A stretch of DNA of 64,000 nucleotides from a bacterium (GTDB taxonomy: Bacteria; Hinthialibacterota; Hinthialibacteria; Hinthialibacterales; Hinthialibacteraceae): the NCBI GenBank assembly GCA_041946805.1, contig JBHGBC010000012.1, forward strand, positions 1-64,000, in the 5' to 3' direction. How positions within the stretch are numbered: the first letter of the stretch is position 1; every line of letters begins with the position of its first letter. The notes under the pieces were generated by a model that did not search any database, was not told where the DNA came from, and saw only the letters and a program-made list of their open reading frames with translations. Of the stretch, positions 9,997 to 20,121 are shown in pieces. Position numbers and translations under genes: made by a program.

Positions 9997-10842
9997 TCAC
10001 TCGACCGGTTCGCGCACCGGCGGTTTATGGCGGCCCCGGCGGCCGGGCGGGGCGGCCGTCCCGCCCGCGGCCATCTGTTCGGCCAATTCCACCGCCAACT
10101 CTTCCATCTGGCCGATCCGCGATTGCAGTTTGCCCCGGAAATAGAAGAAAAAGCCCATGCAGGGGATGGCCAGAATCAATCCCGCCGCGGTGGTGATCAA
10201 CGCCTGGGCGATGGCGCTGGCCAATGCCACCGGCTTGACGGCGCTGATGTCGAAAGCGATGAAATTGAAGGCGTTGATCATACCCAGGACCGTCCCCAAC
10301 AGACCCAGCAACGGCGCCAGGGTGCCGATCTCCGACAGGTAGCGCACCCGCCGCATCATTGACTCGGCCTCCCGCCGGCCGGCCGCTTCCATCGTGGCCG
10401 CGACGCCTTCCGGATTCTCCGCCTGGCGGGTGATGCCGGCCAGGATGATCTTGCAGAACATCCCCTTGGACCGCCGGCACAGCCGCGCCACGTCTTCGTA
10501 ACGCCGGTCGCGCATGTACAGGCGGATCTGCATCAGCGTGTCCTTGGGCAGGAGACGCTTCTCCCGCAAGGCGATCGAATAATAGATGACCAAGGCCACC
10601 GCCAGCACCGACAGAAAACCCAGCACGATCATGACCCATCCGCCCGCGTACAGCAGATCGTACAACGTCATGCCGCCCGGCTCGCTGGACAACGGAGAAA
10701 AGCCGGTGGCCGCGCGGATCTCCCCGGCGGCCGCACCGGTTTCCTCTTCCGCCCGCAACGAAAGGGAGGTGATTCCGAACAGCAGGATCGCCACGATTCC
10801 CAAGGTGAATAATCCGTTCCCGCGCCACGTGCCTCGCATCAT
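9997..10842 (-). CDS. MotA/TolQ/ExbB proton channel protein
   Basis: GGWVM, APLLGLLGTVLGMI and AIAQALITTAAGLILAIP motifs. Confidence 0.93.
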   Translation of the reverse strand: MMRGTWRGNGLFTLGIVAILLFGITSLSLRAEEETGAAAGEIRAATGFSPLSSEPGGMTLYDLLYAGGWVMIVLGFLSVLAVALVIYYSIALREKRLLPKDTLMQIRLYMRDRRYEDVARLCRRSKGMFCKIILAGITRQAENPEGVAATMEAAGRREAESMMRRVRYLSEIGTLAPLLGLLGTVLGMINAFNFIAFDISAVKPVALASAIAQALITTAAGLILAIPCMGFFFYFRGKLQSRIGQMEELAVELAEQMAAGGTAAPPGRRGRHKPPVREPVE

Positions 10843-11018
10843 GAATGTGCCCTCCACCCGCGATGACGCTCCCGGCCGATACTAATATAAACCAACGTCG
10901 AGAACAACGTTCTGTAACGGTCTTCTCAAGATCCTTGGTGAGGAAAGATATAATGAAAAGAAATGGCAACCATTGACTCGATGGCCGAGAAAGAAAGCAA
11001 TTTGCTCATTCTGAGTTT

Positions 11019-11051
11019 CTCTCACCCTGACTTTCTCCCAGAGGGAGAGGG
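11019..11051 (+). repeat. REP-like family A copy
   Basis: CTCTCACCCTGACTTTCTCCCAGAGGGAGAGGG. Confidence 0.75.
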
Positions 11052-11176
11052 AATGGTTTCGCGTTCCCATCTATACTCCTATCACGGACAAAAGACTGAG
11101 AAAGTACTGCCATCAAGAAAATAGCGGCAAGAAATGAATTCCATCACCAATATACCATAGCCGTGAGGAAGGGGAG

Positions 11177-11686
11177 ATGCTGGAGAACATCCGTTTTGCC
11201 GTGATCATCACCAGCGACCGCGCGGCGGACGGCCGGCGGGAGGACGCCACCGCCCCTCTGCTGAAGGCCGCGATCGAGCAGGCAGGCGGCCATTGCAAGG
11301 AAACGGCCGTGATCCCCGACGATCCGGACCGGTTGCGGGAAGAATTGTCGCGTTTGGCGGACAACGCCGCGGTGGACGTGATCCTCACCTCGGGGGGGAC
11401 GGGCATCGGGCCGCGGGACATCACGGTGGACGTGATCCGCGCCCTGCTCGAAAAGGAACTGCCGGGATTTGGGGAAGAAATGCGCCGCCGTTCGCTGGAG
11501 AAGACGCCCTACGCGATTCTCTCCCGCGCCACGGCGGGCACGCTGCGCGGCAAGCTGGTGATCAACCTGCCCGGCAGCCCCCGGGGCGCGGTGGAATGCC
11601 TCGAATGGGTGATGAAACCCCTGGCCCACGCCGTCCGGCTCCTGCAACAACTCGACACCGACTGCGCCCCGCCATCCGGATCCTGA
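11177..11686 (+). CDS. MogA/MoaB molybdopterin adenylyltransferase
   Basis: ILTSGGTGIGPRDIT, LPGFGE, LSRATAG and INLPGSP motifs. Confidence 0.92.
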   Translation: MLENIRFAVIITSDRAADGRREDATAPLLKAAIEQAGGHCKETAVIPDDPDRLREELSRLADNAAVDVILTSGGTGIGPRDITVDVIRALLEKELPGFGEEMRRRSLEKTPYAILSRATAGTLRGKLVINLPGSPRGAVECLEWVMKPLAHAVRLLQQLDTDCAPPSGS

Positions 11687-11816
11687 TTTCTCATCCGCCG
11701 TCAGGGGGGATCGGAGGGGATTGCCCACGCCGGATGGATGATCCCGCCATGCGTACTCCATCGAAACCAGTTGGCGCCGGCCTCCGGCCTTCCGGCGCGC
11801 CTTCCTTACTCCCTCC

Positions 11817-13223
11817 TCAATTCCCTTCCGCCGCGAACGGCCAGCGCCGGGTCCAGAACGACCAGGCGTAAAAGGCCAGAATCCCCAAAACGAGCACGCC
11901 GAGGCTGAATAAAATGATCCGTGATTCCGAAGTGATAAACACAAACACCCATCCCACCAGCGCCATCAGGCACGGAAGGGGATACAACCAGACGCGGTAC
12001 GGCCGGGGCATGGCGGGGGCGTTGCGGCGCAGCAGGATCACGGCGAAGATCTGCCCGATGAACTGCACCAGGATCCGGCATGTGACCAGGGCGTCGATGA
12101 CCGTCTGCAGGGAAAGAAAACAAGCCAGGATCGAAATGATGCCGATGGCCAATAACGAAATGTGGGGAAAATTCTTGGTGGGATGCACCCGTCCGAAGAT
12201 CCTGAAGAAATACCCATCCAGCGCCGCCGCGTAGGGAATCCGGGAATATCCCAAAAGCAAGGCAAAGACGGAGGCGAAGGAGGTCCACATGATCATCACG
12301 GTGATCACGGTGGCGGTCTTGGGCCCGTACACCCGTTCCATGAGGATCGAGACCAGGTAATTGGAAGTGGGATTTTGATCGTTGGCGGGAACAAACTCGC
12401 GCCACGAGACGATCCCGATGATCGAGAGGTTCATGCACATATAAATGATCGCCACGCCGATGAGGCTGATGATGATCGAGCGGGGGATGACCCGGCCGGG
12501 ATCCCGCACTTCGTCGCCGATATAACAGATATCGTAATATCCCAAGTAATCGTAGATTCCCACCCGCATGGCCGAACCCAGCCCCAGGAAAAAGCCCAGG
12601 GTGAAGTTGAACGCGTTGGGGGGAAAATCGAACGCGATTTTCGGATCGAAATGAAAGGCCCCGGTGAAGATCACCGATCCCGTCGTGATCAGCATCCCCA
12701 CCCACAGGCTGACGGTCAGCATGCCAATGAATGAAATCCGCCGGTACAACAGGATGATGTTGAGTACGCCCACGCCCGCCGCCGTCAGAATGCCCTGCGT
12801 GGGGGTCATCGAGGCCCAGATGTAATTGAGATATTTCCCGAAACCGATGTAGCCGGAAGCGATCTCCAGCGGACCGCTCAGGATGAATTGCCAGATGAAC
12901 AAGAATCCCATCAGGCGCCCGTAGCGCGCGCGCCCGTAGCCTTCGATCAAATAGCGGTATGTCCCCCCGGATTTCGGCATGGCGGCGCCGAGTTCGCTCC
13001 AGATCATGCCGTCGGGGATGCAGATCAGGGCGGCGAAGATCCAGCCAAGCAGGGCCTGCGGCCCTCCCATCGCCGACATCAGCAAGGGAATCGTAATAAA
13101 CGGACCCACGCCTACCATGTTCGACATGTTCAGGGCCGTGGCTTGCAACAGGCCGAAACGCCGGATCAAGTGCGGTTGGTGATTGTCATCCGCCGGATTA
13201 TTCGAGGACATTTTGAAATCCAT
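11817..13223 (-). CDS. APC family amino acid permease
   Basis: NMVGVGPF, SELGAAMPKSGGTY and SRIPYAAALDG motifs, about 12 TM segments. Confidence 0.9.
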   Translation of the reverse strand: MDFKMSSNNPADDNHQPHLIRRFGLLQATALNMSNMVGVGPFITIPLLMSAMGGPQALLGWIFAALICIPDGMIWSELGAAMPKSGGTYRYLIEGYGRARYGRLMGFLFIWQFILSGPLEIASGYIGFGKYLNYIWASMTPTQGILTAAGVGVLNIILLYRRISFIGMLTVSLWVGMLITTGSVIFTGAFHFDPKIAFDFPPNAFNFTLGFFLGLGSAMRVGIYDYLGYYDICYIGDEVRDPGRVIPRSIIISLIGVAIIYMCMNLSIIGIVSWREFVPANDQNPTSNYLVSILMERVYGPKTATVITVMIMWTSFASVFALLLGYSRIPYAAALDGYFFRIFGRVHPTKNFPHISLLAIGIISILACFLSLQTVIDALVTCRILVQFIGQIFAVILLRRNAPAMPRPYRVWLYPLPCLMALVGWVFVFITSESRIILFSLGVLVLGILAFYAWSFWTRRWPFAAEGN

Positions 13224-13600
13224 CCAATCGAGAACCGATTTAAAAAGTCATAGTAGTTGTGAAAAATACATCGGAATGCGGCCGGGTGATACTCTCCGCG
13301 ATGCGATTGAGAGAAATTTCTCCATGCCTGGAGATACGCCAGGGGCGTGGCTACGGCGAATTTGCCCCTCCATCCCACGGCCTCCCATCCCCGAGGGGAG
13401 GGGGGATACCTGCTATCGGGGGGATTCGCATGAAGAACGGTTTTCCCTTCCCCCCGGTCCTCACCCGGAAGGAAAGAGTATAATTTTTATTTATAATAAA
13501 AATTTCATGGCTAAAGCACCGGCTCGTTTCGACGCGCCGTTGGCGGTCACCAAGCGGAATCCCATCCGGTCAACCGTTCTCCACCAGGATTCAGCAGAAC

Positions 13601-14638
13601 CTAATTAAGGTATTGATACAGGGTGTTGCGTTTGCGGGGGATGAAGCCGGCGTCGGCCACGAGTTTCCGGACTTCGTTTTCGTTGCTGCAGTTATGCACG
13701 CCGGTGGCGGCCACGACGTTTTCTTCCATCATGGTTCCGCCCATATCGTTGGCCCCAAAGAAGAGAGCCAGTTGCCCCACGTGTTTGCCTTGGGTGATGA
13801 ACGAGGCCTGCAGGTTGGGGACATTGTCCAGATATAAGCGGGACACGGCGAGGGTTTTGAGGTAATCGACCGCTCCCGATTCGGGCACATCGGCCATGTC
13901 CGTGTGGGGGGCCTGGAAGGTCCAGGGGATGAAGGCCGTGAAGCCGCCGGTGCGGTCTTGGAGGGAGCGGATGTGTTCCAGATGCTCCACCCGTTCCTCC
14001 AGGGTTTCGATATGGCCGAACATCATGGTGGCGGTGGTGCGCATGCCCAGTTTGTGGGCTTCCTCGTGCACCGCCAGCCAGTCCTTTGTCAGGCATTTGC
14101 CTTGGGTGATGGCCCGGCGGACGCGGTCGCTGAGGATTTCCGCCCCCCCGCCGGGGATCGTGTCCAAGCCCGCCTCGCGCAGGATTTGGAGCACGGCGGC
14201 GAGGGACATCTTGAATTTTTTGCTGAGGAAAAATATTTCGGGGGCCGAAAAGGCGTGCAGATCGACGGGAAACCGCCGCTTGACCTGGCGGAGGAGATCG
14301 CAATAGAACTCGAGGGGCAATTGGGGGTGCAATCCACCCTGCAAGAGCACTTGCGTCCCGCCCGTGTTGACCAACTCCTCGATTTTCTGAAACAGTTCGT
14401 CCAGCGGCAGAACGTATCCTTCCGCGTTGCCCGGTTTGCGGAAGAAGGCGCAGAAATCGCAGGTGGCGGCGCAGACGTTCGAATAGTTTATGTTCCGGTC
14501 GACCACGTAGGTCACCACCCGCGGATCGGCATGCGCCAGCCGCGCCCGGTGGGCTTTTTCGCCCAGGGAGGCCAGGTCATCCGACCGCAGCCAGTCAACC
14601 GCCTCGGGAAGGGTCATCCGGAGGGAGGGGTGTGTCAT
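13601..14638 (-). CDS. mqnC: Cyclic dehypoxanthinyl futalosine synthase (radical SAM)
   Basis: VTYVVDRNINYSNVCAATCDFC, LLQGG, PGGGAEIL and FGANDMGGTMMEENVV motifs. Confidence 0.88.
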   Translation of the reverse strand: MTHPSLRMTLPEAVDWLRSDDLASLGEKAHRARLAHADPRVVTYVVDRNINYSNVCAATCDFCAFFRKPGNAEGYVLPLDELFQKIEELVNTGGTQVLLQGGLHPQLPLEFYCDLLRQVKRRFPVDLHAFSAPEIFFLSKKFKMSLAAVLQILREAGLDTIPGGGAEILSDRVRRAITQGKCLTKDWLAVHEEAHKLGMRTTATMMFGHIETLEERVEHLEHIRSLQDRTGGFTAFIPWTFQAPHTDMADVPESGAVDYLKTLAVSRLYLDNVPNLQASFITQGKHVGQLALFFGANDMGGTMMEENVVAATGVHNCSNENEVRKLVADAGFIPRKRNTLYQYLN

Positions 14639-15098
14639 GCGGGGTCTCCTTGATTTCCAAAAGGCGTTGAGCCTCCAGTTGTTGGATTTCGCTCAAGCGG
14701 GAAAGCACGCGCTGTTTATCCTGCGCGAAGTCGGCGTCCTGCAAGGCCATCATCAGCCGCGCGGCGGCTTCCTTGCGTTTGCCTTGAATCAAGAGCTCGC
14801 GGGAAACGGCCAGGTTGGCTTCCAGATCCCACGGCCGCACCCGCAGCAGTTCGCGGCTCCAAGTATTATATTCTTCCGCCGCGCCGGCGAGGCTGGCGGC
14901 GTGGATGAGGCCCGCGAGGGCTTCGGCGTCAAAGGGATGGCGCGACAGGATCGAGAGATAGGCGCGGCGGGCGGCATCCACTTCGCCGGCTTCCAGCGAG
15001 TCCGCGGCGCCAGCGAGGATTTGTTCCCGGTTGGGGCCGCATCCGCCCAGCGCGGCCAATCCGAAAAGAAGGCACGCGGTCATCCAGCCTTGGTTCAC
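14595..15098 (-). CDS. TPR lipoprotein
   Basis: Lipobox-like LAALGGC followed by TPR-like helices. Confidence 0.7.
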   Translation of the reverse strand: MNQGWMTACLLFGLAALGGCGPNREQILAGAADSLEAGEVDAARRAYLSILSRHPFDAEALAGLIHAASLAGAAEEYNTWSRELLRVRPWDLEANLAVSRELLIQGKRKEAAARLMMALQDADFAQDKQRVLSRLSEIQQLEAQRLLEIKETPHDTPLPPDDPSRGG

Positions 15099-15115
15099 GT
15101 TTCACGGTCCCGGGG

Positions 15116-16552
15116 TCAGTAGGCGTTTTTGAAGGAAGTCAGCGTTTTCCAGAGGATCTTGAGGTCGAACAGCAGCGACCAGTTTTCGACATAGTAGATA
15201 TCGTATTCGGTGCGTTCGGTCACCGAGGTATCCCCGCGCCAGCCGTTCACTTGGGCCCAGCCGGTGATGCCCGACTTGACCATGTGGCGCCGCATGTAGT
15301 TGGGGATCTCGTCCTTGAATTTGTCCACGAAATAGGGACGTTCGGGACGCGGCCCGACGAGGCTCATGTCGCCGCGCAGGACATTCAGGAACTGGGGCAG
15401 TTCGTCCAGGTTGTAGCGGCGGAGGAAGCGGCCGATGCGCGTGGTGCGCGGATCGTTGGCGGTCGCCCACTTGGGGCCGGTATCCCGTTCGGCCTGGTCG
15501 ATCATGGAGCGGAACTTGTAGATATAAAATTTCTTGCCGTCGCTGCCCACCCGTTCCTGGATATAGAAGATGGAGCCTTTGGAATCCAGCCGCACCAGGA
15601 TCGCGATAATCACCATGAGGGGCATGGCCAGCAGGAGCATCATCGAGGAGAGAACGATATCCATCGCCCGTTTGCAGAGGCGGCCGATGTCGCCGAGGGG
15701 GGTTTCGCCAAACAGGATGGTCGGCAGAGAAGGCACCTCGACCACGCTGAGAGACTGTCCGAGCAGTTCATAGAGTTCGGGGATGACCCGGTAGGGCATC
15801 CGGTTGGCAAGGCAGGTCTGGATCACTTCAACGATCGATTGGGGATTGGCGGGGGGCATGGCAATGATCACGTTATCGATGGGATGCCGGCGCAGAATCG
15901 AGTCGAGATGCCGTGTCGAACCCAGGTAAGGCAGGAGGGGGTGGTTTTTGGCTTGGGTTTCCTGCGTGGTGACATAGCCGATCAATTGGAACTTGGAGCC
16001 GTGATGTTCCTGCAGTTTCTGGTTGATTTGCAGGCACCGGTCCAACGGGCCGATCAGGACGGTCTTTTGGAAGACGATCCCCTTTTGAATCAATAGCCGC
16101 TGGGACCATTGCAGGACAATTTCCTCGATGACGATCGCGCAGCAGGTGAGGGGGATCGCCAGGCCGACCGTGAGGCGGGAAAAGGAAAAACCGCGGTAAT
16201 TGAACAACAGCGCCATCAGAAAGATGTAGGTCACGAGGATGGCGAGGATGAACGATCCGATTTGCACTTGGCGGTCCAGGCCGATCCGCCGTTCGTACAA
16301 TCCGATCCGCTCGAAGACGATCACCCCGATGATCCCGATCACGACCGCCAGGTTGATGTAGGACAAGAGGTTGGGGATATACGGGGGTTCGGGAGGCGGA
16401 AAGAGGGAGTAGATGTCGGTGAAAAACCGCAGCCAGTACGCCGCCAGAAAAGAGCAGGCAAAAACACTGAGATCCGCCAGCGTCAAGATCAGCAGCGGCA
16501 AGTAGTACTCGTCTTTGATATCCGTTTGCAGTGGAAGTGTTCTGTCATTCAT
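15116..16552 (-). CDS. Undecaprenyl-phosphate glucose phosphotransferase (WcaJ-like priming transferase)
   Basis: N-terminal TMs, then KFRSM, LDELPQFLNVLRGDMSLVGPRPERP and GITGWAQVNG. Confidence 0.93.
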   Translation of the reverse strand: MNDRTLPLQTDIKDEYYLPLLILTLADLSVFACSFLAAYWLRFFTDIYSLFPPPEPPYIPNLLSYINLAVVIGIIGVIVFERIGLYERRIGLDRQVQIGSFILAILVTYIFLMALLFNYRGFSFSRLTVGLAIPLTCCAIVIEEIVLQWSQRLLIQKGIVFQKTVLIGPLDRCLQINQKLQEHHGSKFQLIGYVTTQETQAKNHPLLPYLGSTRHLDSILRRHPIDNVIIAMPPANPQSIVEVIQTCLANRMPYRVIPELYELLGQSLSVVEVPSLPTILFGETPLGDIGRLCKRAMDIVLSSMMLLLAMPLMVIIAILVRLDSKGSIFYIQERVGSDGKKFYIYKFRSMIDQAERDTGPKWATANDPRTTRIGRFLRRYNLDELPQFLNVLRGDMSLVGPRPERPYFVDKFKDEIPNYMRRHMVKSGITGWAQVNGWRGDTSVTERTEYDIYYVENWSLLFDLKILWKTLTSFKNAY

Positions 16553-16761
16553 CGAAGAAATTGCAACCCAACCCCTTCAACGCATTGTGTGTCGCCGCCC
16601 GGGCGCACCATCCCTCCCATGGAACTCCTGTTGACAAGCCATACCATCCCGTCCGGCCAACGACGTGGCGGACGAAATCTATAGTGAATTGATCTAGTTT
16701 GATCAACTTAATTTCATTTTTAAACAAATAATCCATCCTCGTGCTCTCGGCTTGGTGTTGA

Positions 16762-16791
16762 ATTATAGGCATAATAACAGGGATTTGTCAA
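16762..16791 (-). promoter_or_regulatory. Sigma70-type promoter for the WcaJ-like gene
   Basis: Minus strand TTGACA (16791-16786)-N18-TATAAT (16767-16762) in an AT-rich region. Confidence 0.65.
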
Positions 16792-17053
16792 CAAAATTAA
16801 AGAAATTCAAAGAGTTATCCTTGCGATACCCTCGTCCGGCGGTTTTTCGCGATCCTATTATGGTAAAGGATAAACAAGGATTGTCAATCTTTTCAATTCC
16901 GGCATGGGCGTAATCATTTGTTTATTATAGATTTAGGATGAGAATGGCGGAGGAGGAATCCGCCAGGATAGCGCCGGGGATTTTACTTCTGGCTAAGATA
17001 GGGCCGCCCCTACCGGGCTCAAGGGGGAGTCCAGCGGGGGGAGAGTTGGCCAA

Positions 17054-17217
17054 GATTGATTCGGATGATTGATTCCATGATTGATTCCGAGGGATTATTC
17101 CAAGGATTCCTATCGAGGATTCATTCCCACGGGTCCAATCCCCACGGTCTATTTTCCCGGGTTTATTGCCCGGGTTTATTGCCCGGGTTTATTGCCCGGG
17201 GTTAAAACCCTGGGCTA
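17054..17217. repeat. Tandem array of ~12-15 bp units ending in three perfect CCCGGGTTTATTG copies and a hairpin
   Basis: Perfect units at 17156, 17169 and 17182, with degenerate units upstream. GCCCGGGGTT-AA-AACCCTGGGC follows. Confidence 0.8.
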
Positions 17218-17337
17218 GTTTAAAGTCGTAGAAGGAAGAGGGATCGAGGTTGGGGGAGGGTATTGCATTAATTTCCCGGGGAGAAAGACGGGGCTGGTAT
17301 TGTGGAGTCCAACGGACCGGGAGGTGAGAAAATCCTC

Positions 17338-17367
17338 TTGACAGGGGCCCGGCCATTGAATTAAAAT
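17338..17367 (+). promoter_or_regulatory. Sigma70-type promoter for the polysaccharide operon
   Basis: TTGACA-N18-TAAAAT upstream of the wHTH regulator. Confidence 0.55.
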
Positions 17368-17485
17368 TCGAAAAATGAATTTTGTATTTTGCTGGATCCC
17401 AGTCCGGCGTTGCCCGTGTTTCCCCGGTTGGCGGTTGGGGTACCGCTGACGGGGGCGAAGCCTGCCCGGAGAACATCCCGCGAAC

Positions 17486-18115
17486 ATGAACGAATCCATG
17501 TCATCCAAACCGAAAGAGCCCGTCATGGATCATGATGAACAGATGATCCTCAACCTGTTGGCGGCCATCGAGGACAAACCCAACACCACGCAGAAAGACC
17601 TTGCCACCCGGCTGGGGGTGGCGGTAGGGGTGGTCAACTCGTATCTCAAGCGGGTGATCTATAAGGGATACGTGAAGACCAAGAGCCTCCAGCGGCGGCG
17701 GCTGCGGTATTTGCTGACGCCCAGCGGGATCAAGGAGAAGACCCGGCTGACCTACGAGTTTCTGCAATATTCGTATGTGTATATCCGTGAGATCCGGCGC
17801 CGGACCCGGGAAGCCCTGGCGCCCTTCGCCCGGGAGGATAGGAAACGGGTGGTTTTTTACGGCAGCGGGGAGGCGGCCGAGCTGGCCTATCTGGCCGTGC
17901 GGGAGTTGGGCATGGAGCTGGTGGCCGTCATCGATCCCGGCGAGGCGGGGAAATACTGCGTGGAACACCGTATCGAACCGCCCGCCTGGCTGGCCAACGG
18001 GGAGGCCTACGATGTGATCCTGGACCTCAAGCCTCCCAAGGAACAAAACGCCACCCTGGAACGGCTCAAGCCCTACCTCGGCGGAGATCACCGGGTGGTG
18101 AGTTGTTTGTGGTGA
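17486..18115 (+). CDS. EPS-associated MarR-like winged-helix regulator with C-terminal Rossmann-like domain
   Basis: TQKDLATRLGVAVGVVNSYLKR and YLLTPSGIKEK, plus C-terminal VVFYGSGEAA. Confidence 0.85.
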   Translation: MNESMSSKPKEPVMDHDEQMILNLLAAIEDKPNTTQKDLATRLGVAVGVVNSYLKRVIYKGYVKTKSLQRRRLRYLLTPSGIKEKTRLTYEFLQYSYVYIREIRRRTREALAPFAREDRKRVVFYGSGEAAELAYLAVRELGMELVAVIDPGEAGKYCVEHRIEPPAWLANGEAYDVILDLKPPKEQNATLERLKPYLGGDHRVVSCLW

Positions 18116-18199
18116 TCAAGGATTGGAGGAATACCCCCAGGAGAAAAAGGGACCACAAGATTCGTGGATTTCACGGCAATTTATCCCCACTCCGTCTTA

Positions 18200-18483
18200 C
18201 CCTCACCCTAGCCCTCTCCCCGAGGGAGAGGGGATTAGGGGATTGAACTCCCTGGCCAGCCTGAGTGAAGCACGGCCCGGCATGGTTGAGGTACGCCCTT
18301 ACCGGATGAGCCTGAAAAAAAACACGCAATTGTTGGAGAAGCCCTCAATTTCCTTCCGTGGAATCATCTATAAATGGGGGATCCCCGGCCAGGTCATCCC
18401 ACGGTTTTCACAAAATACGAATCGGTCATCCGACACAGTTTCCCTCCCTTCCCACTCCCTCTGGGAGAGGGGCGGGGTGAGGG
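18200..18483. repeat. Inverted pair of family A REP-like copies (REPIN-like)
   Basis: Forward copy at 18200-18233 and reverse copy at 18451-18483. Confidence 0.75.
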
Positions 18484-18546
18484 AAATGCCGAGATCGTGG
18501 AGCAACGGTCACCAGGTTCAGTGACGGCAATCTCATTTAATCTACC

Positions 18547-20108
18547 ATGAACGCCAATCAACCTGAAGATTCCCTCAAAAAGCGTTACGCGTACAAGCTG
18601 GGGACCAACCTGGTGAACCTGGCGCTCTCCCTGGTGACGGCGGGGATCGCGCCCCGGGCGCTGGGGGCGTCCGCGTATGGGGATTTCGAATACCTGACCA
18701 CGGCTTTTTTTCAGAAGGTGGTCAATATATTCGACGCGGGGACCTCGACTTGTTTCTACACCCAACTTTCGCAACGGATTCAAGACAAGGGCCTGGTGCG
18801 TTTTTATTGGGGATTCGTGTGGGGGATGAGTGGTTTGATCCTGCTCTTCGTGGCCATCTCCCTGGCGGGGGGGTGGCACGGCGCGTTATGGCCGAATATT
18901 CCCGCCGTGTACGTCTGGCTGGGAATGGGGTGGGGCCTGCTGACGTGGTACAGCCAGATCATCGGCAAGATCGTGGACGCCGCCGGGCAGACGGTGGGCG
19001 GCGAGCTGTGCCGGATGACGCAGCGGGTGCTGGGAACCGGCCTGTTGCTGGCGATGTTTTGGATCACGGGCTTCGGTCTTCCCGGGTTTTTTTTTATCAT
19101 TACGCCATCCTGATTTTCCTGTGCGCCGGATGGTGGCGGGTGATGCGGCGGAGCGGATTTCCCCTGTTCCCGCGCGGGCGGCTGAGCGGGGTGGAGATCC
19201 GGAGTTATTCGTACGAGTTTTATCTGTACACCGCGCCGTTGGTGGTATACGAATTCGCGGGCGCTTTCATCTCGATTCTGGAGCGATGGCTGCTGCAGTG
19301 GTTCGGCGGCTCGGCGGAACAAGGCTTTTACGGGCTGTCGTATAAGATATCGGCCATCGTATTCATGTTCACCAGCGCGTTGACTCCCTTGCTGACGCGG
19401 GAGTTCGCGAAGGCTTATGGAGAACGGAATCTGGGCCAGATCCGGTATTTGTTCAGCCGGTACATCCCGATGTTGTACACCATCGCCGCGTATCTGGCGG
19501 TGTTCGTGGCGTTGCAGGCCGGCAAAATCGGAACGCTCTTGGGCGGCCGGGAATTTCAACCAGCGGGAGGGGCCATCGCCATCATGGCGTTTTATCCGCT
19601 CCATCAGACCTACGGCCAGCTGACGGACGCGTTGTTTTACGCCACGGGGCGCACCCGGTTGTATATGGTTCTGGGAATGGTCATCATGGCGGCCGGATTG
19701 CCGGTCACGTGGATATTGCTGGCGCCGCCCGAGTGGTTGGGGCTGGGATGGGGCTCCACGGGCCTGGCGCTGCGGATGGTGGTGGTGCAAATTCTGGCGG
19801 TGAATCTGAAACACCGGTTCAATACCCGGTTTTTGGGATTGCCGTACCGTTCCTTTCTCGCGCACCAAGCGTATTCGGTGTTGCTGTTGGGAGCCGTGGG
19901 TTGGTTGTGCGTGGCCGGCATGGACCGGTTGATCGCGGTGGAATGGTTGGCGTTTTTGACCAGCGGCGCATTGTATACTCTGGCGTGCGCCGCGTTGGTT
20001 TGGAGGTGGCCCGCGTTCCTAATGTTGACAAGAGACGATCTGGCCGCGATGGGCCGAGACGCCCGGGCGCGTCTGCCCCGGCCTTGGACAAAATGGATGA
20101 ACCGGTAG
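18547..20108 (+). pseudogene. wzx: Wzx-type oligosaccharide flippase, frameshifted at a T9 run (19087-19095)
   Basis: ORF 18547-19113 (SLKKRYAYKL...RALGASAYG) and the downstream frame (EQGFYGLSYK...LTPLLTREF) are the two halves of a Wzx. T10 joins them as PGFFFYHYAIL. Confidence 0.8.
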
Positions 20109-20121
20109 GGGATGCTGGGCG

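Noticed and set aside
11052..11176. Moco riboswitch upstream of the mogA-like gene
   Set aside because: No recognisable conserved structure by eye. An Rfam search would settle it.
17156..17194. Possible CRISPR array
   Set aside because: The 13-bp units abut with no spacers, and there are no cas genes.
18123..18524. Short ORFs with PHPSPLPEGEG or SLSLWERVRVR peptides (also near 10882, 30366, 35735, 47114, 52946, 61883)
   Set aside because: They are translations of the family A repeat, not proteins.
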